A stretch of DNA of 64,000 nucleotides from Octopus vulgaris (lineage: Eukaryota), in assembly GCA_951406725.2 (NCBI GenBank), contig OX597817.1, positions 121,334,001 through 121,398,000 of the forward strand, given 5' to 3'. This document shows, in pieces, positions 53,319 to 64,000 of the stretch. The notes beneath the pieces are model-generated. The model saw nothing but the letters and a program-made list of their open reading frames with translations. It ran no database searches and was not told the origin of the DNA. Every line of letters begins with the position of its first letter. The stretch's first letter is position 1. Both the position numbers and the translations under genes were made by a program.

Positions 53319-54552
53319 CTATAATAGAAACACTACAAGTAAAATTATATGATAAATCTGAGCATATATCTTTTTAGTAAAATCACACTTTAGCATCTCT
53401 GTGAAATGCTGTGGTATTTCTTTGTAGCCATAAAAGAGGTAAACTAGATTAGCTGTAGCACTTTTGCTACTAAATCAGAAAACATTTACTAAATTCCTTT
53501 GGCGTTGTGAAAATAGTTGCTTCTACCTATTTATTGTATGCACAAACTAGGATAAAAGAAAAGTAGCCTATTCTAATCTGTATGAAAATACGGGCGTTGA
53601 GAACTGGAAAATTGCTGAACAGTAGCACTAAAATCGCGTCAGAATAAATTTCTATTATGATTTTGTATATACTGTAATAAAATGTTATTAAGCAATTTAA
53701 GAAAAAGAAAAAAGAAAAACATTTGGTTCTAAAAGTACATGCTCATAAGTTTACTACTCTTTCCCTCCCACTGTCTCTGTATATATGTGTGCATGCGTAT
53801 ATGTACACACAAACACACATACACATATATATATATATTCACCAGCGTAAATAACAAAGATAGTGTGGTATTAGGCATTGATTTATATTATTTTGAGTCA
53901 AAGATGTTTTTAGCCGTTCCATAATTAGAGATAGCTGAAAACATTGTCAGTCTGAGTACTAGGCTCAATATAACTGTTGGCAGTACCCAAGCATGGGCCT
54001 AGTCAGATGACTGATGTTATGAAAAATGTAAAGAAGATAAAAAATCCATTTTTATTTCCTACATCGTACGTAAAAATTAACTCGATCATATTCCAGCCAA
54101 TTATTATATTGAAGATAATAAGTGAAGTTAAAGAAGACTAATATAAATTTCACAGGAGATGAAAGAAAAACACTGAAAATATCACAGTCAATAAAAGACG
54201 AAATTAACTTTCAAAGCTCTCAATCTAGAAGTAAACAAGTAGCGTAGCAAATATATGAATTTTGACTTCGTTATTTATCGTTGCATTAAATTCATTTACA
54301 TCTTTAGCAAAATCTGTTTGAAATAATATTAATTTCGAAAGTTAGGTAAACATTTGAAACGGATGAGGACATGATTATAATGACATTTCTTATCTTATCA
54401 TAATAGCTTTCATTGTTGCAGAACATTTTTTTATTGATGCTATTGTAACTCTCTTCGGTACTTTCAGGGTGACAGGGCAAAGTCAATATTAGAAAATTAA
54501 AGCAAGTTAAAGCACCTGGCCTTCAATGAATGAAATTACATTAGGAATCTCA

Positions 54553-54635
54553 ATCAATCAGTCAATCAATAAACCAATCAATCAATCAACCAATCAATCA
54601 ATCAATAAACCAATCAGTCAATCAATCAATTAAAT
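54553..54635. repeat. (CAAT)n microsatellite
   Basis: Direct reading. Confidence 0.9.
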
Positions 54636-56775
54636 CAGCTTTTACTCTTCCACTGATGGATAATTACTTAATATTTCTCCATGATTTTCGCCTTTGTGCA
54701 TCCAGTGTCCAATTTTTGCTAAATCGATTCTATTCAACACTGTCTTTTTAATTGTCGTTCTCTGTATCTTTTGCGGTTATACTGAATCCAGTTTGTTAGT
54801 ATTTTTAGTCCACCTATTGTAATCATTGTCAATAAGTTTCCCGTCCAATTCTATTCCAACAATTGTATAAATCAAGACTATTGAAAAGGTTGCAAGACGC
54901 AACGAAAATTTTAGGAAAACGAAAATAAGAAATAAGTGGAAATTTTACCGGTGAATGTGTTACATTATAACGTACAAAAAGAAAATGACTCTCCCCAGAC
55001 ACAACAGAATATGCTTCAACACACGAACTCATATAAAGAATCTTGCAAACCAAATCCAAAAACGAAATGTGTAAATCTAATTATTTTATTTTTCTTTGTT
55101 TATGGATCAATTTCAGCTTCAACGGTATTACTAGCAAAGCACCTTCGTGGGCATAATAAGCTGTTCTTAGTTTGCTTGTTAGGCTTTGTGTTCGGTTTCA
55201 TTTTTGTTCCATAAGAAATATTTGGATCACACATTAGTCGAAAACCTGTCTTCTATAGCTTCAAGGTTTAAAAATCACTAATAACTAAAAATATTTAAGA
55301 TCGAACATATCTCCGCAGTGTATTACAGTGGTATGTAGAAAAACTGATATTTACTAATCTATAAGTTTATCTCAGTATGGTTAATCGATTGTGTGAGAGA
55401 CAACTAATTAAAAGGCCTTGAAACAGAATCGCCCATTGATACCCTAGTTTGCATATGGCTCACGTAACTATTTCTTGGTGGAACAGTCTACAAACAAGTA
55501 ATTATATATCAAGAGAAAATACAAAAGACAGCAGTATTTATCAGAACAGTTTGATCATTATTTCATTAGATTTTATTGATCGGTGTAAGTCTAAGTGTGA
55601 AATCTATAGTTAGACTTACCATAAATATCTTAGTATATTCCAGTTTTGAAAGCTTTCAAAATTGCAATATACTTAAGCAAATGGTGAAACATTTTAGTAA
55701 TGGGAGATGAAAATAGAAATAAGAAGATAAACATTAAACGATATCAAATATTATCTTCATTAATATAAAAATCCACTTCTGTAGCAAAAATGCATCAAAA
55801 GGCAATGATCCTATTCCCCCATTTGCTTTTCCGAATGAAAACAAAGCAAAAAGCAAAAATAGTTTCTTTTAGATAAGATTCAAAATAAGGAAAATTGTCT
55901 GATGTTGAAATATATTTAGAAAAAAGAAAATGTCTTGAGAATTAGTTCTACTTAACAGTGAAGTCTAAGGAGGAGTATAATTAATTCTCAACATTCGTAT
56001 TTTCACAGATAAAAACCTCTTTATGGCTATAGATAACGCAGCATTTTCACATCTAAAAGAAATTAGAAACGTTACACACACACACACACACACACACACT
56101 CTCTCTCTCTCTCTCTCGTACGGAAATGAAATAGGGATTTAAAAACTAATCATTTTTGAGAGAAGAAAAAAGAATCCATTGAAAGCTGTTAAAAATTGTA
56201 GCGATCATTTTCGTTTTATAAAATCATTATCAACCATGAAGATTATTTGTTAAACGGAAAGTTATAGAATAGTGATAGAAATATATTAGAAACTTACATA
56301 GAAGAAATTTTTTTATAAAAATAAAATACTGTTCAAAGAAAAAAATCTACAAACATTTGTAATACTTCTGTTTTAGTCATATTTAGAATTACTTGGCTCA
56401 GCATGATCGATGCTTTTAGAATAGAAGATGATAAATTTACTAAATATATTCTGATATAAAGGACATATTTGTTAGATTCTTATACAGCTAGCGCGGTGAA
56501 ATATAAATTTTGGAACAAAAACAAAGGAAATATTGATAGAAATAAAAGAAACACAATGAACACTTAGAAAGAAATTCATTTATGATAACAGATATCAACA
56601 AAATATTATTATAGCACAATGTAATCAGTTATAGAGAAAAAATCAGAGCTGCGTGCTTTCATTTCAAACGTCCTATCGTTTGGCGTCAAGATTTTGAAAG
56701 CTTGGAGGTTGTGTAATCGAATGAAAATGATTGGGAAACAAGGAATATAGAATCAGTATATTTATAGGATAAATG

Positions 56776-57013
56776 GTCGACCGACCGATCGACCGACCGA
56801 CCGACCGACCGACCAACCGACCTACCTACCTACCTACCTACCTACCTACCTACCTACCTACCTACCTACCTATCTACCTACCTACCTACCTATCTACCTA
56901 CCTACCTACCTACCTACCTACCTATCTACCTACCTACCTACCTACCTACCTAGCAAGCTACCTACCTACCTGCCTACCTACCTACCTACCTACCTTCCTA
57001 CCTACCTGCCTGC

Positions 57014-57087
<74 letters not shown>

Positions 57088-57118
57088 GTCTGTCTGTCTA
57101 TATTTCTATCTATCTACC
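56776..57118. repeat. Compound (CCGA)/(CCTA)/(TCTA)/(TCTG) microsatellite
   Basis: Direct reading. Confidence 0.95.
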
Positions 57119-59414
57119 TCGAAACCAATTATATATATATATATGTACATACACACACATTATGTTGACTATGCTGTATATCCCTCCCACACTTTTGATA
57201 TAAAAATGACAGATTCACTCACTGCTTTATTGTATTTCGTCTCTGTTTCACTGTTGAAAAATAAACGATTCTGTTAATCTGATCTAGCAAAACGAGTGCC
57301 ATTTTTATCCATGCCCATCTGACGTATTCATCTCTCTTCTAGTTATTACAGATAAATGGCATACTAGGTATGTTAATCATTGCTATTCCTAAGAACTGTT
57401 GTCCTTTGATATCTCTTTACTTACAGTCAAACAGAAATCGAAAATAAATAAATGGATGTAGTGGTCAATTACTTCTGCTGTTTCACTAAATCTAATTTAA
57501 AGTGAAAAAAATGAAACTAAATTGTCCTGCAATATATTTCAAATGTTAACGTCCATAGTTTTGCGAAAGGTTGCATATTGAAAATGAAAAGGCTCTAAAT
57601 GGGAAATAAAATCTAGTTAAAAACTTGGATCACCGAGAGTTTATGACTATACTATGTTATAGCAGCCTAGTTAGATTGTGAATAATTCCATAAGAATGTT
57701 TAAGAATAATGCTATCCTCCGGTTAAAATGATTTCAACACCAGCACGCTAACGACGCTCTCATTAGTTTTATAGTGCTTATCTTACTTTTAGCAATACCT
57801 AAGAGGTAGTTGTACCCAGCTGGTGATAGTTAAATCTGCAACTATAGAGATAGTGCTGAGATTGCGTCAGCATACGAAACTCAAATATTTGGGTTTGTGG
57901 TCACTTCTATCGGCTGCAATGTGGTCACTTCTATTTATACTCTCGCTTGCTTATAAATTAATTATATAGTTTTGTTTTGACATAGTACTGTATCGTTTTA
58001 AAGGAAGATTCAACAGACTGTTGTGAGGTTCAGTTCTTTCTTAAAGAAAAACTCTAACACATGGCTGAAATATTCTGAGATATTTCGTCGTCGCAACACT
58101 ATGCCAGTATTTGCCCAGAATATGCGCGAAGTCTATTGCTCAGCTCCCGTAACAAGAAAGCAAATGAATCGTTAAAGTGCTGCAAATGTAAACTGCAATG
58201 CGTCGAATACTGTGATCTACCATTCCAGCCATTTACACTAATGCTCAAGTGGAATTGGCAGACGATAATGAAAGGAGAAATTAAGCGAGAATGACGTAGA
58301 TAAATTAATGGTTTAACTAATTACATAACTAGATTTAGTATCAAAATGCTCTAGTCGTTTAATCGAATCAAACTCACAGGAAAACACAAGTAAAGGCCAT
58401 AACAGAAGAATTCTGGTTTAACTGGAAATGACTGATGTAAATTTACTCGTATAAATAAATAAAGGAAAGACCCGTTAATTCTGAAAACCCTTTAACTATT
58501 TTTTGGGTCAATTTATTCTGATGAAAATGTTATTTTACTTGAAATTAATTCTCACTTACGTGCTTGCTATTTACTTGTGTTACGTAGAAAGCTGTGAAGG
58601 GGAGTTTGCAAACATTTATTTTCTCTGATGTATTTACTTCTTTCGATGTATTTATATTCTCACAGAAAATAATTCAATAAAATAAAATTGCTCTTGAGAT
58701 TTGATTACGATTTAAAAATTACATTTGTTTATGTAAGATTTCTAAAAGCAATATAAACAATGGGAATACTGTTTAAACAATTGCTACTCCATGACTTGAT
58801 CAAACATTTTCATTACCGGCTTTTGACTACTGGCGTTCATTACTTAAAATGAAAGCGCAAAATGGCACCGAATATAAACGTAAAAAGAGGGTTTCAAAGT
58901 TAAAATCTTTTAAAATGTTATACTAATGAATAAGAGTAATTTTACTAAAATTATTAGTAATTGATTTAGAAATTCCTCTATCAAGCTCCTCCTACAAAGG
59001 TGACGCCTATTTTATCAACAATCTTTCCCCAACTTTGTGAATGGTTCCTCTACGTCATTTCCTTCATAAGTAGAAATAACAGCAAGATACTCCTGGAAGT
59101 ACTCGATGAGCGAGGATGGATATACAAGACAATTTAGTTAGATGTAACGAAACGCATTGATTACGACTGCAATGACTGAAACAAAATAAAACGTCAATTG
59201 TTTGATTTAGTGTCACGATAGTTAAAGCAGTTCCTCAATTCCTGATGCATTTCTGCTAAAAAGAAACAGGAAAATGTTCCGTAAATCATATGATTGTTAT
59301 TTATTAGATGGATCTTTAAAATGACATAAGGCTTTCTTCCATTATGCTTGTTTTCATTAGACTTGTTTAGTGATTAGAAACAATATTTACGGAGATGTAC
59401 TTAAGTATACATAC

Positions 59415-59449
<35 letters not shown>

Positions 59450-59450
<1 letters not shown>

Positions 59451-59618
59451 GTTGTGTGGACGTCTCCAGACGATGTAGTAGACTAGCCCAATACGTAGAT
59501 ATAGAGGGAGAATTCTAGACGTCAGGGTAGACTAGCACAGCTGAGAGAGAGTAGGAGAAGCAGTCGTAGTAGACTAGGACAGAGTAGAGTTGAGTAGAAG
59601 GCATCCGAACGTGCGACA
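59450..59618. mobile_element. Possible short solo LTR (TG...CA) in (TA)n
   Basis: 169-bp GC-richer island starting TGTTG and ending CGACA, with three GTAGACTAG repeats. Confidence 0.35.
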
Positions 59619-59633
59619 TAAAATATGTAAATG

Positions 59634-59706
<73 letters not shown>

Positions 59707-59863
59707 CACGCGTGTGTGTATACATATACCTACGTACATGCATAACTTACGAATATATACATATGCTAATGTATGTACGGAAATATATACATAGAAGTAG
59801 GCATGTATGCTCTATGATTATATATAGAAAAACCACACATGTATGTCTTCATGTATATATGCC

Positions 59864-59905
<42 letters not shown>

Positions 59906-60659
59906 TATATACGCATGTATATATTTCTATTTATGCATGTAAGCAAACATATTTTTAAATATATACATTTGCACATTCATTTATTTTTCTCTTTTTAAAT
60001 CTATACATGCAGACATAAGACAGACAGATTGACACCCATACCTATAAATGTGTAGCAAGAAAGAAGGATAGAAAGACGACATTTATAAATAATTCCTTTT
60101 AAAACAACAAACGACAGTTAAAACCTTTCCTCAACATAAAATAACTGTTGAATCCAAATTTGTACTTTATTGTTTGATGGACTTCCTTATACAGAACTGG
60201 CATTCCAATGAAATCTTATATGACGAATTGGAAAAATTAAGTAGAAAATATGCACTTGTTACAGTTATTTCGCAAAACGAAATATTACAGAAAAGTACCG
60301 GTTGCTTTTTTTCAAGGGAAATCATGTATTAAACGGATTTCTATGATTGATTCCAAAATACATTTTCAACTGTGAAAAAAAAAATTGCAGGAAAAAGAAT
60401 CGTCCAGTTATTCATAAATCAATGTCAGATTAAGAAATAGAATTCATTTTCTACAGGAATATTTATAAAGTATATAAAAGAAAAATAAGGATTATTTTCG
60501 AATTAGCTGAAAAATATGCATCAAGGGTTTTATACTCCGTCTCTCTGCATACTCTCTCTTCATGTATGTATGTATGTGTGTATGTATATATATGTATACA
60601 CACACGGATACAAACAAACACATACATACACATACACATATATGAGTCAATTAGTTTGT

Positions 60660-60784
60660 GTGTGTGAGTAGTTGAGAAATCCGAGCCTAACCGTTCGTGT
60701 ATATGTCCCACAGCGTGACACCTTGGGCAAGTGTCTTCGATTATTGCCTCGTGAGTGGATTTGGTAAACGGAAAGAAGCGTGTC

Positions 60785-60849
<65 letters not shown>

Positions 60850-61098
60850 AACATATGTGTATATATATATATATATATATACACATATGTTTGTGGGCCT
60901 GTATTTGTTCCCCCACCATCGATTGACAACCGAAGTTGGTGTGCTTACGTCCCCGTAACCTGGCGGTTCGGAAAAGAATCGACAGAATAAGTAGTAGGCT
61001 TACAAAGAATAGGTCCTGGAGTCGATCTGTTTGACTAAAGGGTTTGCTCCAGCATGGCTGCAGTTAAATGACTGAAAAAAGTGGGAAAAAAAGATAAA
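60660..61098 (+). mobile_element. SINE family A
   Basis: CACCTTGGGCAAGTGTCTTC...(TA)n...TGCTCCAGCATGGCTGCAGTTAAATGACTGAAA. Confidence 0.85.
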
Positions 61099-61107
61099 GC
61101 ATTATAC

Positions 61108-61316
61108 ATATCGTTGCTGTTATGTTAATCTGTCGTATGTCCAAATTCGGACAAATGCGTTTTTTTTTCAATATTTATTTTCGCTTGCAATAGCCAGTTC
61201 TTTTGGTCAAAGAATCGTATCCGTATGTCCAGCTGGCTAGGATGGCAAGATGTTTTTTCGTTTACTGAAAAAGCAACGTTTTGGAGTTACGACACTTTGC
61301 ATAACAGCAACGATAT
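61108..61316. mobile_element. Palindromic MITE-like element
   Basis: Perfect 17-bp TIR ATATCGTTGCTGTTATG / CATAACAGCAACGATAT, with inner matched blocks TGTCGTA/TACGACA and TAGCCAG/CTGGCTA. Confidence 0.7.
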
Positions 61317-61326
61317 ATATATATAT

Positions 61327-61394
61327 GGCGTAGTTTTTAAGAGAGCGGGCTACTAACACCAAGATTCCGAGTTCGATTCCAAGCAGTGACCTGA
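61327..61394 (+). mobile_element. tRNA-like head (Pol III A/B boxes), unlike the other SINE heads
   Basis: TGGCGTAG (A-box-like), anticodon-arm-like GCGGGCTACTAACACC, B-box GAGTTCGATTCC. Confidence 0.6.
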
Positions 61395-61441
61395 GCACAA
61401 TAATAATAACAATGAAAATCCAGGTTCGAAATTGTCCCCAA

Positions 61442-61488
61442 GACACCTGAAGAAGGCTGGAGGGTGTATCAGTCGAAAATGTTGTGTT
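61442..61488 (+). ncRNA. Minimal type I hammerhead motif
   Basis: GACAC-CTGAAGA-A-GGCTG...CAGTC-GAAA-ATG-TT-GTGTT; stem I GACAC/GTGTT and stem II GGCTG/CAGTC both pair. Confidence 0.6.
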
Positions 61489-62818
61489 AACACCAAACAA
61501 GATCGAATATAAATAATTCCAGTAAAAAGTCGAAATTTTAACGGCGTTGCATCAGCATGGCCGCAGCTCTAAGCTGAAACTAGAGAAAAAAATTTTTATA
61601 TATATATATATATATACACACGCGCATCTACCTATGTATCAATGTATCAATATATACACATAGTTGTCTTTGCATACGTATATATATATATATATATGTT
61701 TGAATGTGCGACTGCATATTTCAGTTCGTACGCATGGGTTTTATGTAATATCGTCTGGAGTAGATTGAAAGAGTATAAGTATCTACTTCGAAGAAAATTA
61801 AATTAACCGAAAATTAGACGCGCGAACCCATTAGAAAATCTTCTAGATTTCGAGTTGACACCCTTGCTTTTGTTTGCTTAATTTAATCATTATTTTAATG
61901 TTTACCTCTTCTCGTTTCGAGTATAATCTTAATTAATTTAAGTTATAGAGCTCTTTCACATTAAATGTTACAATTTATTGGGTAAGTGCAGGCATACTAC
62001 ACTTAAATCCTTTCACGTTCTGCCGTTTTCGAATTAACGTCGCTTTTTAATGGAAAAGGTAAACCCCTGCGTCATTTGATTTATCCGACATTACATCGGT
62101 CTCGCGAACATTTTTATAAGCATATAAAAAAAAATAACCCCTAAAAACCAATTCTAACTTGGAAATTCAAATAAAAATACAGGTGAAAATATGTGCAAAC
62201 CACAAGTTAAAATAGACATGAGCTAATAATTTTTTGAAATGTTTCTTTTTCGCATTACATCGTTATTTTTTTAATTATTATTTAGGTTGCATGTCAAGGT
62301 ACAAGTTGAGACATGCCACTATTTGGCAGACAAACGAACAGTTCATCTGAAATGTTATACTTCGTTGCAGAATCTAAGCTTGTATAAACAAATGATGTAT
62401 GTAGAGAAATTGAAATTGCCTTGGTAACTTCGATCTGAATTAGGTAATTCATGACAGAACAATTATACATTGCTAGCTTACAGTTGTTTATATCGAACGC
62501 AAAGCAGTACTGAACAGAACTGACCTGACTAGTTGGTATCACAATGTGTTGGCAACGCGGTCAAATTATAAATTAAACAGGTATATCACAATGGTAGTTG
62601 TTTTACTCAATCATTTCAGATTTGTTTGAACTGATTTAAAATCAAATGTAGTCAAATAATGATTCATCCACTGTGGTAACTGATTGAGGATAATGTAGTT
62701 CAAGATATTATCCTTAAATTTTACTTAGGGTTAGCAGTAATTTGAGCGATTTGGCTGCTATTCCGAGCAGAATACCACAGAGACCAAGTCAATCTACCAC
62801 AATATTTTATATCTCATA

Positions 62819-63029
62819 AGGCGGTGAGTTGGTAGAAACAACACGCCGGCGAAATGCTTAGCAGTATTTAGTCTGTCTTTACATTCTGAGTTCAAATTAC
62901 GCCGAGGTCGACTTTGCCTTTCATCCTTTCGGGATCGATAAATTAAGTACCAGTTGCATACTGGGGTCGATCTAATTGACTGACCCCCTCCCCAGAAATT
63001 TCGGGCCTTGTGCCTAGAGTAGAAAGAAC
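62819..63029 (+). mobile_element. SINE family B2 with 16-bp TSD
   Basis: TATTTTATATCTCATA at 62803-62818 and 63030-63045. Confidence 0.92.
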
Positions 63030-63169
63030 TATTTTATATCTCATAGCTGTTCATACGTTGCTTCCTAATTAGTTTTTCTAAGTTTATTTTCTTTTCAATT
63101 AAATAACATGGTAAAATGAAAATATTAGACGAAAATCAAATCAAAAAAGAAAGCTAATGAAACACTAAT

Positions 63170-63380
63170 ACTCTTTTTACTCTTTTACTCATTTGACTGC
63201 GGCCGTGCTGGAGCACCGCCTTTAGTCGAGCAACTCGACTCCGGGACTTATTCTTTTTGTAAGCCCAGTACTTATTCTATCGGTCTCTTTTTGCCGAACC
63301 GCTAAGTGACGGGGAGGTAAACACACCAGCATCGGTTGTCAAGCAATGCTAGGGGTACAAACACAGACACACAAACACAG

Positions 63381-63455
<75 letters not shown>

Positions 63456-63622
63456 TACGACAGGCTTCTTTCAGTTTCCGTCTACCAAATCCATTCACAA
63501 GGCATTGGTCGGCCCGGGGCTATAGCAGAAGACACTCGCCCAAGATGTCACGCAGTGGGACTGAACCCGGAACCATGTGGTTGGTTAGCAAGCTACTTAC
63601 TACACAGCCACGCCTGCGCCTG
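63170..63622 (-). mobile_element. SINE family A, full length
   Basis: TACTCTTT tail repeats, body and head (CACAGCCACGCCTGCGCCT on the plus strand). Confidence 0.92.
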
Positions 63623-63659
63623 TATACGAAATTTATCAAAGTCCACATGTTATTATCAT

Positions 63660-63957
63660 TCTCAAGTGGTTAAAGTAATCAGCTCACGATCGTAAGACCG
63701 TGAGTTTGATACCCGTCGGTGTATTGTGCTCTTGAGCAAGACACTTTATTTCACGTTGCTCCAATTCACTCAGCTGGCAAAAATATGTAGTGCCAGTATT
63801 TCAAAGGGCCAAACTTCTCATGCTGAATCTTCCCGAGAACTATGTTAAGAGTACGCGTGTTTGGGGAGTTCTCAGCAACTTACACGTTAATTTCACTTGC
63901 AGGCTATTCCGTTTTTCGGATCAACTGGATCCTTCATCGCCGCAACCGACGGAGTGT
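63660..63957 (+). mobile_element. SINE with family C head/core and family D tail
   Basis: CTTGAGCAAGACACTTTATTTCACGTTGCTCC (family C) followed by TATTTCAAAGGGCC...CACGTTAATTTCAC...AACCGACGGAGTG (family D). Confidence 0.85.
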
Positions 63958-64000
63958 CAGTTGTATAAGTATTGTTAGACTACAGGGTTCTGACTGAAGA

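Noticed and set aside
54936-55214. 92-aa ORF with two hydrophobic stretches
   Set aside because: GTG start, hydrophobicity explained by T-rich DNA, no clear splice context or recognisable family.
57896-57934. 15-bp direct repeat TGTGGTCACTTCTAT with a 9-bp spacer
   Set aside because: Small local duplication with no supporting context.

Overview
AT-rich, microsatellite-dense animal DNA. The repeat landscape (tRNA-derived SINEs with CORE-like and Meta-like domains, abundant (TA)n/(CA)n/(TATG)n) looks like an octopus (coleoid cephalopod) genome; this is inferred from pattern recognition, not from a search. I can support no host protein-coding gene. Nearly all listed ORFs are microsatellite or SINE artefacts, so the window is probably intergenic or intronic. 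It contains decayed transposases (internally deleted mariner at 1547-2112, Tc1 at ~31.4-32.4 kb, maT/DD37D-like at ~38.8-39.9 kb), CR1/L2-group LINE fragments, a Penelope-like RT fragment, two non-autonomous Helitrons, MITEs/foldbacks and about 30 SINE copies with swappable modules. The most interesting signal is RNA-level. A near-identical tandem repeat with a 565-bp period (17364-18400) carries a complete type I hammerhead ribozyme in each unit, which is retrozyme / Penelope pseudo-LTR architecture and predicts a 565-nt self-cleaved monomer that could circularise. At least six further hammerhead-like motifs are scattered through the window, several with a CCGANGA (U4C) core and one directly behind a tRNA-like Pol III head.
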